Positions 12,817 through 25,106 of a stretch of DNA of 64,000 nucleotides are shown here, one piece after another. Both the position numbers and the translations under genes were made by a program. The stretch is from Octopus vulgaris (lineage: Eukaryota), in assembly GCA_951406725.2 (NCBI GenBank), contig OX597815.1, positions 156,860,001 to 156,924,000 on the forward strand, written 5' to 3'. The first letter of the stretch is position 1; each line of letters opens with the position of its first letter. The notes under the pieces are model-generated. The model searched no databases, was not told where the DNA came from, and was given only the letters and a program-made list of their open reading frames with translations.

Positions 12817-15800
12817 ATTTTCACATTCTCGTTTAAACTCGGTTGTATAAATATTCGCGGCCTGGGGTCGTATTGGAAGCAAGGCTACCTCCTTAACGAC
12901 CTTAGGTCGCATCGTTTGGATGTAGTGGTAATTACCGAATCCAGACTGAGTGGGCTGCAGGCTTTTTCGCCCCTTCTAAACGGCTACGAGAAATACGTTT
13001 CTCCCTGTCGACCTGGAGGGGGAGGAGGAGTGGCAGTGCTGGTCAGGAAAAACCTGGATTTAGAGATTAGAACTGTCTTTATAGATCCGGAAGGCAGGTT
13101 GGTCGTTTTGGATGTGACGCACAGCAGTGGTAAAGTGTTCAGGCTGGTCGCTGTCTATGCTCCCTGCGAAGGAAAAGCCGGGCAGAAAGAGTATTTCAAA
13201 AGCCTAGAGAATTTTCTTGGCACGTCGAACACGTTAGTATTGCTTGGTGACTTCAACATAATTTGCGATGCAAGCGTAGATTATGTTGGCTCAAGAAAGA
13301 ATACGAGGGGATTACCTCACCTCAACGATATGCTAAGTCGTTTCGAATTGGCAGATAGATTCAGACTGGACCATCCAGACATTCCAGAGTGGACCTGGGC
13401 AAGAAACGACGGGTCGTCCAGATCTTATATCGATAGAATCATAACTAGAAGGAAAGATAAGAAAATACTTAGCTGTCCACAACACCATATCGTCAGCTAC
13501 AGCGATCACAAATTAGTGACCTGTACGCTCGACATAGATAGCATGTGTAGACGAGGTACCGGCTACTGGAAGCTAAACAAGTCACTATTGGACTGTGAAG
13601 CCTACAGGAATCGGATTAAACAATTAGTAATGAGGGCGTTAACCGGATCCATTATCAACAATAAATGGTGGTACGCCCTGAAAAGAACCATCAAATTTGA
13701 GTCAATTAGGTTTAGCAAAGAACTAGCTAGTGCTAGAAACAAAGTAGAAAAGGAACTAGTTAAGGCTATAGAGGAGGCAATGAGGTCAGGCTGTGCATCG
13801 AAAGTGTTAGCGGCGAGGTTAGCACTAGACCAACATCTCCAAGCTAAACATGAAGGGTGCATTATTAGGGCTAAGATCCGTGCAATGAGACAGGAAGGGA
13901 TCAACGCAGCCGGATGGGCCCGGGTGGTAGAGGGCCAGCGTGGCAACAACTCAACCATTCGATCCTTGACGGGCCCAAATGGTCGATTAGTAAACGAACC
14001 CGAGGAGATGTGCAAGGTGTTTCATGATCATTTCGCCCAGCTATTCGGGAGGAGCGGCGAGCTGGAGCGCGGGGAGAAGCTCGCAGACTTCCTAGCCGGT
14101 TCGCCGCGTCTATCGGGGCCGGACGCGGAATCTTGTGAGGCGCCGATCACAGCCAAAGAAGTCGAGGATATGTTGGCAGAATGCGGCGGGGACAAATCGC
14201 CGGGACTCGATGGTCTGCCTTACGAACTCTATAGTAGCATGCCAGACTTGTTTGGGCACCTACTTGCATGCGTGTACACCAACTGGCAGCAGAACGGGAG
14301 AATTCCTAAGTCTGTGAGCCGAGGGGTGGTAGCGTTGTTAAGAAAGGACCCAAACAAGGGGGATTTAATTGATAATTTCCGGCCTATCACTCTGCTTAAC
14401 GCAGAGTTGAAGATCTTGGCCAAGGTCTTAGCAAAAAGGTTGGCGAGGGTCGAGGGTGAACTTGTTGGCGAGGCGCAAACTTGCGCCATCCCTGGAAGGA
14501 CCATCCACGACAATCTCCACTTTCTACGCTATGCCTTAGAAAGGGTAAATAGGATTCCTGGCAAGGGTGGGGCTATGGTCCACTTGGACCAATCGAAAGC
14601 GTTTGATAGGGTGGACCATCAGTATCTGGCGGCGGTCCTCGCGGCGGCTGGCTTCGGCCCGACCTTCCGCGGATGGATCATCGCTTTATACAGCAACATC
14701 GAATCGGTAGTTCGGGTAAATGGTTTCCTTTCGGAGCCGTTCAGCATTGAACGTTCGGTACGTCAAGGGTGTCCTCTCTCCCCGCTTCTCTACGTTTTGG
14801 CCCTCGAGCCGTTGCTGAGGAGGTTGGAAACTATGAGAGTCACCCCGCAAGATCTAGGGTGCGGAAAGTCAGCTTCGGCGTATGCGGACGACATCACCGT
14901 CATCGTTTCCCGAGTCGAGCACCTACAGTGGGTGGGTGAGGCCTTAAGGGACTACGAAGCGGTGGCAGGAGCGAAAGTCAACCGGGATAAATCGGTCGGC
15001 TTGCAACTCGGCACCTGGAGGGGCAAGTCGATGTCTTCCGACAGCGTCGTAGGACATTGGACGGAAGGACCGGTGAAAATGCTTGGGATCTGGTTAGGTC
15101 CAGATCTCCAGATAGAGAAGAATTGGAGCGAGGTGGCGAGAAAGGTGGCTCTCCTAACTCAGACATGGTCTGAACGGAATCTGTCCTTGAAAGGGAAGGC
15201 GGAGGTTGCAGAAGTGTTTATCGCCTCTGTAATCACTTACCGCCTAACCGTAGTGCCTTGCCCCGATTCGTGGCTGAACAAACTGGAACGCATGCTCTTT
15301 CGCTTTTTGTGGAGGGGCAGCAGACCTCTTGTAAGGCGCTCTATTTGCTGCCAAAAGCCGCTGAACGGTGGGTTAGGGATGTCGTGGCTAAAAATGCGCA
15401 GACATGCGCTCAGGCTTAGGCACCTCTGGATTTACCTGGACGGTGAGCAGGTGTGGTCTCCGTTTGTCAAGCTGTTATTTCCACAGTTCACATCGTTTAA
15501 CGAACTGAACCCATGGATCAAGTGTAGACCGAGGTTGGGCATGTGGCATGCAGAGTGCTATCAGGCACTCGTGCTTCTCTCCCAGTCGGGCAACGCCGGT
15601 GGCGGGGCTACTACCGCGTTCTTCTATAGAGGGTTAGTAGAGTTTAAGTGTGACGACGTCCTAGGAGAAACTCTGGGCTTCGACGAAAATCAACTGGCCA
15701 GCCTGTTCCAAAGAACATTCGGTCCGGGGCCTATGGATAATTACCAAAAGTCCCTGGCCTGGCAATGTTACAGAGGAGCTTTACCGGTTCGAGATAAGCT

Positions 15801-16233
15801 CTTTAGACATGGGTGTGCACCTTCGCCGGTTTGTGCAAGATGTAAGAGGGACAGTGAAACTGTCCTGCACGCGATTGTGCAATGCCCCAAGGTGACTGAA
15901 CTCTGGACTTATGTCGAACACCTGCTGTCGCATTCGAGAAGAGTACAACTGTCGAGCGAATCTGTAATTAAGATAGTTCCGCCGACCTTCCTGAATAGGG
16001 AGGAGCGAGCCTGTTTTCTTTCGGTAGTTGCTATGGCGAAAGAAGTAGTGTGGAAGACGAGAGTAAAAGGAATTGCAACAGGCATGTTTATCTCCAGTCT
16101 CGAGCTAATCGACTTTTTCGTTTTCCACATGAAACGGAAAATAAGGCTGGAGAAGAAATGCCTGTCGCAAAGTGTGTTTCGTAAAAGATGGAAGTCTATA
16201 GCAAGTATGTTGCGAGTGAAAGAACCTATTTAA
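12817..16233 (+). CDS. Tx1 ORF2: AP-endonuclease, reverse transcriptase and C-terminal CCHC domain; uninterrupted, no AUG at the N-terminus
   Basis: Frame is open from 12817 (IFTFSFKLGCINIRGL). APE motifs: ITESRL, VYAP, GDFN, YIDRI, SDHK. RT motifs: KSPGLDG, FRPITLLN, KAFDRVDH, RQGCPLSP, YADD. C-terminal CARCKRDSETVLHAIVQC. Confidence 0.93.
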   Translation: MFTFSFKLGCINIRGLGSYWKQGYLLNDLRSHRLDVVVITESRLSGLQAFSPLLNGYEKYVSPCRPGGGGGVAVLVRKNLDLEIRTVFIDPEGRLVVLDVTHSSGKVFRLVAVYAPCEGKAGQKEYFKSLENFLGTSNTLVLLGDFNIICDASVDYVGSRKNTRGLPHLNDMLSRFELADRFRLDHPDIPEWTWARNDGSSRSYIDRIITRRKDKKILSCPQHHIVSYSDHKLVTCTLDIDSMCRRGTGYWKLNKSLLDCEAYRNRIKQLVMRALTGSIINNKWWYALKRTIKFESIRFSKELASARNKVEKELVKAIEEAMRSGCASKVLAARLALDQHLQAKHEGCIIRAKIRAMRQEGINAAGWARVVEGQRGNNSTIRSLTGPNGRLVNEPEEMCKVFHDHFAQLFGRSGELERGEKLADFLAGSPRLSGPDAESCEAPITAKEVEDMLAECGGDKSPGLDGLPYELYSSMPDLFGHLLACVYTNWQQNGRIPKSVSRGVVALLRKDPNKGDLIDNFRPITLLNAELKILAKVLAKRLARVEGELVGEAQTCAIPGRTIHDNLHFLRYALERVNRIPGKGGAMVHLDQSKAFDRVDHQYLAAVLAAAGFGPTFRGWIIALYSNIESVVRVNGFLSEPFSIERSVRQGCPLSPLLYVLALEPLLRRLETMRVTPQDLGCGKSASAYADDITVIVSRVEHLQWVGEALRDYEAVAGAKVNRDKSVGLQLGTWRGKSMSSDSVVGHWTEGPVKMLGIWLGPDLQIEKNWSEVARKVALLTQTWSERNLSLKGKAEVAEVFIASVITYRLTVVPCPDSWLNKLERMLFRFLWRGSRPLVRRSICCQKPLNGGLGMSWLKMRRHALRLRHLWIYLDGEQVWSPFVKLLFPQFTSFNELNPWIKCRPRLGMWHAECYQALVLLSQSGNAGGGATTAFFYRGLVEFKCDDVLGETLGFDENQLASLFQRTFGPGPMDNYQKSLAWQCYRGALPVRDKLFRHGCAPSPVCARCKRDSETVLHAIVQCPKVTELWTYVEHLLSHSRRVQLSSESVIKIVPPTFLNREERACFLSVVAMAKEVVWKTRVKGIATGMFISSLELIDFFVFHMKRKIRLEKKCLSQSVFRKRWKSIASMLRVKEPI

Positions 16234-16449
16234 TCGAGAATGTAAAAAAGGATAAAGCAAAGTCTTCAGTGTGAGTATGTGGTTTGTGGGGTCGACCGCG
16301 TCCTCCGCTTCATTTTTTGTTAATCACTCATTCTCATTTAATTGTATATATATATTAATTGTTTGTTTATTCATGTTTCGTCTCATTCGATACCCTGACC
16401 CCAACGTTTGTTTTGTCCCCTCTTTTTCTCAACCTTATGGTGAATAAAG

Positions 16450-16486
<37 letters not shown>

Positions 16487-16544
16487 TTTTCTCTCACTTT
16501 CTGAATGTAGCCTTCATTTACACACCATATATATATATATCATA

Positions 16545-16968
16545 GACGCAGGAGTGGCTGTGTGGTAAGTAGCTTGCTAACCAACCACATGGTTCCGGGT
16601 TCAGTCTCACTGCGTGGCATCTTGGGAAAGTGTCTTCTGCTATAGCCTCGGGCCGACCAATGCCTTGTGAGTGGATTTGGTAGACGGAAACTGAAAGAAG
16701 CCTGTCGTATATATGTATATATATATATGTATGTATGTGTGTGTGTGTTTGTGTGTCTGTGTTTGTCCCCCCAGCATTGCTTGACAACCGATGCTGGTGT
16801 GTTTACGTCCCCGTTACTTAGCGGTTCGGCAAAAAGAGACCGATAGAATAAGTACTGGGCTTACAAAGAATAAGTCCCGGGGTCGATTTGCTCGACTAAA
16901 GGCGGTGCTCCAGCATGGCCGCAGTCAAATGACTGAAACAAGTAAAAGAGTAAAAGAGAGTAAAAGAG
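16545..16968 (+). mobile_element. Full-length tRNA-derived SINE with internal (TA)/(TG) microsatellite and (GTAAAAGA)n tail
   Basis: A box-like TGGCTGTGTGG and B box-like GGTTCAGTC, with a tandem short 3' tail. Other copies at ~44821-45215(+), 50404-50715(-), 35420-35815(-) and 28105-28254(+). Confidence 0.8.
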
Positions 16969-17092
16969 TATATATATATATATATATATACCTTACATAT
17001 ACACGCAGAGACCCACAGGTAGATTGATAGATACAAAGATAAAGAGACAGACAAATAAATAGACAGATAAATTAATAGACAGATAGACAGAC

Positions 17093-17186
<94 letters not shown>

Positions 17187-17214
17187 GCAGATATTGATAT
17201 AAGCATATAGATAC

Positions 17215-17590
17215 TCGTGGTACTCCGTCGGTTACGACTACGAGGGTTCCACTTGATCCGGTCAATGGAAGAGCGGGCTCGTGAAATTAACGTGCAAGTG
17301 GCTGAGCATTCCACAGACACGTGTACCTTTAACGTAGTTCTCGGGGAGATTCAGCGTGATACAGAGTGTGACAAGGCTGGCCCTTTAAACTACAGGTACA
17401 AGAGAAACAGGAAGAAAGGGTGAGAGAAAGTTTTTGCGAAAAAGTACAGCAGGGTTCACCACCCCCACCTTCGAAAAGCTTTAGGTGTTATCGCTCAATA
17501 AACACTCACCACGCCCGGTCTGGGAATCGAAGCTGCCATCCTACGACCGCGAGTCCGCTGCCCTAATCACTGAGCCATTGCACCTCCACT
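17215..17590 (-). mobile_element. tRNA-derived SINE (head type A, tail type Y)
   Basis: Minus-strand head GGAGGTGCAATGGCTCAGTGATTAGGGCAGCGGACTCGCGGTCG...TTCGATTCCC. The tail is shared with 17597-17760. Confidence 0.72.
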
Positions 17591-17596
17591 AAAGGC

Positions 17597-17897
17597 GTAC
17601 TCCATCGTTACGACAACGCGGGTCCTAGCTAATACGATCAACGGAACAGCTTGCTCGTGAAATTAATGTGCAAGAGGCCGAGCACCCTTAACGCAGTCCT
17701 CAGGGAAATTCAGCGTGAGACAGTGTGACATGGCTGGCCCTTTGAAATACAGGTACAGCTCATTTTGCCAGCTTAGTGGACTGGAGCAACGTGAAATAAA
17801 GTGTCTTGAACAAGGACACAACGCGTCGTCGGGAGTTGAACTCACAAACGTACAATCGTAAGCCGAATACCATAACCATTAAACCACGCGCTTTCAC
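17597..17897 (-). mobile_element. tRNA-derived SINE (head type B with CORE-like GTGTCCTTGTTCAAGACACTTT, tail type Y)
   Basis: Minus-strand head GCGCGTGGTTTAATGGTTA...GAGTTCAACTCCC. The tail is homologous to 17219-17400. A head-B remnant also occurs at ~24060-24190. Confidence 0.68.
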
Positions 17898-18344
17898 ATA
17901 TAGATATATGCATCACGAGTAGACATATTTAATATATAATTAACATATGTGGATGCATCTTACATTTACATGAATATGAAGTTTCTTATTTTTTCTAAGA
18001 AACTATAAAGCAGTCATTTCATCGAATGAAGTTCGTGGGTGTATCTGTACGAGTGTGAGTTTGTTTGTATGTATACGAGTTTGTGAGCGTCTCCGTGTTT
18101 GTATGCGCGCTTACACTGCATATTTTCATATTTTGAAAGGCAAAATATGAAATTTCAATATAAATACTTTCAAAAATCTACGAAGTTTCCAAATTTCTGA
18201 ATGCGAAGCATATTACAATCTCTATTTTGAAATGAATGTATTTTTCAATTATAACTATATTTCCTCATCGTTTTGAATACATTTAAGTGTACTGCATATA
18301 TATAACTGTCAATGATCACAGAATATGTACAGTAGTGTACATAT

Positions 18345-18417
<73 letters not shown>

Positions 18418-18552
18418 CAGAAAGACGTGGCTCGAAGGAAGTTACAAAATACCGCACAAGCACACAGTTCAGATTGTAATGCTTCTTATAACAAAAGCAG
18501 CAGTAAGGTTATGATAGTCATTACATAACTCCAGTTCTCTTGTCACTCATTC

Positions 18553-18742
18553 CTTTCCACTAAAGGAACAAGGCCTGAAATTTGGTTGGAAGGAAGAAGT
18601 TGATTACGTTGACCCCAGTGTTTCATTAGTACTTAATTTATCGACTCTGAAATGATGAAGGGCGAAATCAACGTAACAACGGGCAAACTACCGCTAAGTA
18701 TTCCGTCCAGCGTGCTAACGATTCTGCCAACTCGCTGCCTTA
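18553..18742 (-). mobile_element. Nin/Deu-type SINE copy
   Basis: Homologous to 2833-3062. Further copies at ~25808-26012(-), 32285-32419(-), 35960-36095(+), 45915-46135(+), 52334-52553(+) and 54713-54826(-). Confidence 0.62.
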
Positions 18743-19229
18743 ACTTTTGTCATTCATTAATTGATATTATGATGTGTACTCATATGACGCTTCACCCTAA
18801 AGCGTCATAAAGTTTATTATTATTCTAATAACTGGTTCATAAAATCGCTATTCTTATACGAAATCATAAAATGTATGTATGTACGTCTACACACACATAT
18901 TCTACGACGGAACGGCGTCCCGCCCAGGTGAGCAATGTATACGCCACAGAATCACGAGTACGCAGCTGAACACGGCAAATATATATATAGCCAGCTCGGA
19001 GTAGTAGAGGCCACTGTAACTCGCTAGAAGAAGGAAAAGGACAGAAACAACATAGGTGCCCTCGATTTCAGACCAGATAATCAAGGAGGCATTTTTTGAG
19101 TTATGATCTAAGATGTCTGTCTCTGTATAGCAGCGAAAGTGTGGTGATATATCATGATTTTTATACACACTGTGATTATGGTTGTGAACTTTATATATTA
19201 TCCATATGACTGCAGACACGTATATATAA

Positions 19230-19262
<33 letters not shown>

Positions 19263-19377
19263 TGTATGTATGTATGTATGTATGTATGCGTACGTATGTA
19301 CCTATGTATGTATGCATGTATGTACGTATGTATGTATGTTTGTATGTATGTATGTGTGTATGTATGGATATATGTAT

Positions 19378-19930
19378 GTATGAGAATGAATGATGAAAGA
19401 CTTCCTAAGCAACTTTTGTATGGTGAGCTGTTAGATGGTAGAAGGCCAGCACGTAAACCCAAAATGAGGTTCAAGAACTGCCACAGAATTTCAGTTGTTG
19501 ATTGGAAGAGAGAGGCACAAGACGGAAATGGGCGGAGGTAAAGAGTGTACTGTGGTTTTTCGAAGTTTGGAAGAAACGAAATGAATCACGAGAAGATCAA
19601 GAGAAGGCTTAGAAAGAATGAACCTGTGGAAAATGGGTTTATCTGTCGGAGGAAGTGCTTGAGTCGTGCAAGCCTGGTCAACCACCAGAGAACTCACATG
19701 AATCAATCTCTTGTAAATTGTGATACGGCTCTTGTTCACAAAAGAACCTGTGCAATCTGAGGATAGGTGTGCCTTTCAATTGGGGGATTGAAAGGCATGT
19801 CAAAAGAGTTCATACTGCGGCACCGGCTCGTTCTGCCAAGCAGCGCAGCTGTGCATTATGCAATACAATGTGCAAGTATTTCACCGGGATCAAGAATCAT
19901 ACAAGGGCCTCACATTGCATATTCAATGAC
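19378..19930 (+). mobile_element. RTE-clade LINE 3' fragment with degenerate C2H2 zinc fingers
   Basis: RMNDERLPKQLLYGELLDGRRPARKPKMRFKN is a typical RTE post-RT motif. It is followed by ICRRKCLSRASLVNHQRTH and further CxxC...H repeats. Confidence 0.75.
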
Positions 19931-20169
19931 TCATTTCAATGATATATACATACGCATATATGTAGGCATATATGTATGTATGTATGCATGTAAGAACGCA
20001 TGTATGTAAGTATGTAAAGGAACACAAAACGTAATTGGCATTTTATTGTTTATATAACCTAGACGTGCCTCAGTTAGCCGACCACCCATAATACCCTAGC
20101 CGGTAGGCTCTATTACACAACATAATAGAGTCGACTCATTCCGTCAGCATTGTTAGCAATAATACTATG

Positions 20170-20855
20170 TACACTAGCCTATCTAAGTCGTATTTTGATG
20201 AGGATGGCTGCGATACCTGACATGTCGTATTTTGTTATCACCTTACAGCTACGAATATGGTCACTCGGTTTTATTTTGGAGATACTACGGAAACATCGCA
20301 TATGAAAAGCGTCTGAAATTCATCGCATATGAAAAGGGTCCGAAATTCGGCACCACTAAACAATGATGTCAAAACCACCAACTTATATACATCGACTTTC
20401 ACCTTCAACGATAAGTCGCGGCTGTTCAAAAGCCTGTAATAGAGTTTACCGAAAGTGGAACTAGCTTTCCCGGTACTGGACTCAATTTCTATATCTATCT
20501 TAGCATCATTAGAGGCAATGGAATCTAGGTAAGTGAAGGAGGAAACACTGTTTAATGCTTTACCATCAACATATACAGTAGGGGCAACATTGAGAGGATT
20601 GTCACGAATGGACTGATGTCCAGTTATGTTGATGCTGATGGTCAGAGCAAAAATCTTCGAGAAGGTGTTTAGAATCCATGTATGTTCTCAAATGTGTGTG
20701 CTACAAGTGCACAATCGTGTGCGAAGAACAAATCTCGAACTGTTTTGCACCAAAATCTTAGTTTTTGCTGTTGGTTGAGCAAGCCCCCGCCGGTTCTGTA
20801 CTGAAATTTTACTCCTTCTTTAACACCCTCGAACTCTCGTTCCAACCTGCTGGAG
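20170..20855 (-). mobile_element. RTE-clade LINE RT fragment
   Basis: GVKFQYRTGGGLLN...VRDLFFAHDCALVAHT (FADD-like), ending ...SGIAAILIKIRLR*AS (the RLRWAGH motif). Confidence 0.75.
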
Positions 20856-20936
20856 AAATATAAAAAACATACATACATACATACATACATACATACATAC
20901 ATACATACATCATACATACATACATACATACATACA

Positions 20937-21083
<147 letters not shown>

Positions 21084-21934
21084 TGGAAGATGGAATATAT
21101 GAGAATGCTTTCTGATCACTACAATTGTTCCGACCCATCTAGCATCTTCCGTCTCTCTCATTAATCAAAAACCCAACGAACACTGAGAAAATGAACGTGC
21201 TTCACCGGTAAACTGTCTGGTCTATACCAAACGATTTATTAACTAATATATGTGTGTGTGTGTGTGTGTGTTTGTGTGTGTTCGTGTGTGTGTATGTATG
21301 TATATATGCATGTATTTATGTATGTATGTATAAATGTATGTATGTATATATGTATACATGAAACGAACAAATTGTGCGCTTTTTATATCAAATGCAAACT
21401 TTTGTGGCTCATCTTCTCATGTAGTATGCATATCATATTTTGTTTATATTCCTAATATTTTTCTTACTTTATGTTTTTTTTTTAACGCGTATGGCATATT
21501 AAGAGAAATTTGAATAAAATTTAATCGAAAATAAAATTAATGAGATGTTTTCCCGAAATAATCTATTATCAGTTTTAAAGTAAGCATGAAAGAATGTTTT
21601 AAAAGCCGAATATATATTTTATGATAAGCCGTCTTAAATTATCATACGACATATCTGGCCCTTTACGTATTTTATTTCATATTATTTGGAAATTTATATA
21701 TAACTTCATATACTCATTTATTCTATTGTTATACATTCCATTTACCATAAACATTTCTGCCATTTATAAATCATATGGAACATCAGATGCTGCATTAATA
21801 ACAAAATGGAATTTATATATTATACATGTTATATGGGGCTTTTAACATCGTATCTTAGATGTTGTGATAAATATTTTAATAACATTTTATTATATGATGT
21901 TATACTTTATATGATATCTTATATGGATTTTACG

Positions 21935-22800
21935 ATATCGAAGATGACGTCACAAGCTTACAGCGGGACCTAAATTCAATATGCAAGTGAGCCTAAATAA
22001 ACAACATGCGGTTTCATGCTGGGAAATTTCAAGCACTGCACTATCAACTCACGAATACAGTACAATCTACATATACATGATCTGAAGGCAGTACAATTCC
22101 AGAGTCACAGGCAGTGAAAGGCTTGGGGATCAGAATGTACAATGATGCATCATTTTATATGCACATTAGCAAGATGGCAGCAAAGTGGAGACAACTGGGA
22201 GGATGGATGCTGAGGTCCTTCAAAACAAGAGACCAAGATACTATGTTGACGCTGTGGAGAAACTTTGTTCTCAGCCGCCTGGACTACTGCTCCTAGTTGT
22301 GGTCATCACATAGTACCAAATTAACAGCGGAGCTTGAAGTAGTCCAACACCATTACACTAAAAAGATTGAAGCAGTGCAGCGGATGACCTACAGGGATAG
22401 GCTGAGAAAACTACAGTTTTATTCCATGGAGCGAAGGAGTGAAAGAAAGGCAATGATATGCATATGGAAAATACGAGAAAGGTTAGTATTTAACTGTGGC
22501 ATTATACAAAGGCCAGAACTGGCCACAGTTGTATTGTGGTACCATCACAAAGGTACCATCCACTCCATCTAACTTCAAGACCAGCCACTGCAATAGTATA
22601 GGATTCAAAGGTCCACAGCTCATCAATGCCCTGCCACAAAATTAAGAAATTTGCGTAAGATGGAAGTAGATGTTTTAAAACAGGAACTAGCCAACCTTTT
22701 CTCTCCCAAATAAGGGATGGAACAACAGCCCGACATCAGGTACAGACGAGGGCAGCGGAATCAAACACCCTTATACTCCAAATATACCAACAGCTGGGAC
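21935..22800 (+). mobile_element. CR1-like LINE 3' fragment (decayed)
   Basis: LQRDLNSI...NNMRF, LGGWMLRSFKTRDQDTMLTLWRNFVLSRLDYCS*LWS, LEVVQ, YRDRLRKLQFYSMERR: the CR1 RT C-terminal signature, with stops. Confidence 0.75.
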
Positions 22801-25027
22801 AAAGGCACACACAGGAGTGTTGATGCGAAACACCCAGACTGAGGAAGTCAGAAAGACCATAGTGGTGCTCAAGCATGAACACGACTGCATGGCTGAAACG
22901 AGTAAGAGATTATATATATATATATATATATATATGGTTGAAATTTACAGAAAGACGAAAGACGAAAGACAAAGACATGTGTTTAAACAACAACCAGGTG
23001 TATTAGTTTGACGCTAAGGTAAGAAAGTCTTTTACGTTTCGAGCCTACGCTCTTCAAAAGAAAGGAACACGTTGAAATAAACAGCGAGAATATTATATCG
23101 TCAGTAGATCATAAATCTCCAAATGAAGTAAACTCAAAGTTGTAGAGTGGTAGAATATTTAGACCGGCTATAACTATCTTTATCTACATATATGTGAGAA
23201 AAGTAAGTTCAAAAAAAGAAATTCAAACATTTTGGGGCATCCAAAAAGAGAGAAAAGGTGATTTCTAATAAGGATTTATCATGTTCATGAAAATCAGCCA
23301 AACAGGTAATGAGAATATGAAAATAATATTTGAGGAGATTCGTTATAGGTATAAGAATATACCATAAACAAGTATTAAAAAAAATGGAGAGATGTTGAAT
23401 CAGAAATAGATTTATTATAAAACTGGATTCAATGCATACGTACGTTTCGAAAAACAATACAAAAAATTGAAGAAAAATTTTAATCATAGTGATTATAATT
23501 ATAATTGGAAATAAACAATTAATAAATTAGAATTAAGAATGACATTAAAATGAAATTTAAAATTTAATTTATGCATTGTCATTCTCATCAGTGAAGAATC
23601 TTTTTAAGGACATCAAAGAAGTTTAATAAGATGAAGTAAAATGAGATAAAAATAAAATAAAATGAAAATATAAGATACAATAAGAGAACAGATGGGGCAA
23701 TAAGGGAAATCTGGTAATTTACAACCCAGTGAAAAACCCTTCCGTTATAGCCTCAACGTTTTACAAATCCATATATTACACTAAACATTTTATGTGTGTG
23801 TGTTTGCGTGCGTGTGTGTTTGCGTGCGTGTGTGTATGTATATATAATTGTATGTTTGTACGTACGTATGTATGTATGTAATGTACGCCGGCACTCAGAA
23901 TCATGAACGATTAGGTAGAAGGTACTATGCTTTTGTTGATTTTTTTTCAGATGTCTATATAATTGCAAACATATATAGACCTCTTCTCTGCTCTTCCACT
24001 TTGACCTTGCTGAATATCCAGTATGTGACTGTTTGAGGAAGAGAAAACTACAGCAGCACACAGCTGGAGTTACTTGAGTGCACAGAAGAAACGTGAAATA
24101 AAGTTCTTGCTCAAAGCGTTATATGGTCCAGCAATGAATCCACGACCTTATGATAAGCTCAACACCGTAACCACTAACCTATGCTCTTTCACCTGTTGCA
24201 TATATCATCTTCTTCAACAATGAACTGTCAAACAGACAACTACGTTATCTAAACTAAGAATGTAAAGAGAGTTAACTAATGTCTTTTCTCTGATTTCCAC
24301 AATAAAGTTATTCGAGCAGTTTAATATTTTTGAGGAAAAAACAACAGAAGGTAAATAAATTTCAGACATTATTGAAATATGAGCTGGCATAATAAACATA
24401 TTCAGTAGATTTTAAGGATGAACAGATGATGTACTAACTTAGAAATAAGAAAGTAAATTTAAATTTAGATGATGAAAAAAGGGAGTCATCTACTATAGTC
24501 TTCTGAACTACTGTAGCTTAGATTGATGCTTAACCTAGTTTTCATAATCAGATAAAAGGTTAATCTCACGTGCATATGAATAAGTTGCTGCTATGGTTCT
24601 TAGTATTTATCTCTTACGGACAGGTGCGTAAAAAAAAAACAGCTAAACAAACACTTACATTAAATTCGAACTCAATAAAATGCAATTGACAGTCGGATAC
24701 ATTATATGTTTAATCATTTGTCTCACACTTAATAAAGAAGATCGTCTTCATAAATCCTTCCCAAGGACAATATATTTTCAGCAGATTTAACGAGGAGATG
24801 GTTATAAAGAAAGCACAAAAGACTATTAACGCTATTAATGTAGTCCTCTCTTTTTTCTCTTCTCACTTCTGTAGAAACTTGACAAACGACTAATTGACTA
24901 AATGAATCTAATCAGGAAAAGGCAAATCCTGTATTGGATTCATCGCGTGCACACATACTCTCTCTCACACACACACACATACACACATCTACACACGCGC
25001 ACTCACACATTCATGCATACACTATGC

Positions 25028-25106
<79 letters not shown>

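Larger units (their letters stand above)
11026..16454 (+). mobile_element. Full-length Tx1-group (L1 clade) non-LTR retrotransposon inserted in a (TC)n microsatellite
   Basis: ORF1 has a CCHC knuckle and ORF2 has APE-RT-CCHC. (TC)n lies directly 5' (to 11025) and 3' (from ~16455). The 3' end reads AATAAAGAAATA with no poly(A). Confidence 0.93.

Noticed and set aside
24845-24945. Polypyrimidine tract plus TGTAG as a host exon acceptor (also TTTTTCAG-CAG-GTAAT at ~56175)
   Set aside because: No open frame or protein similarity. Splice-like signals alone are not sufficient evidence.
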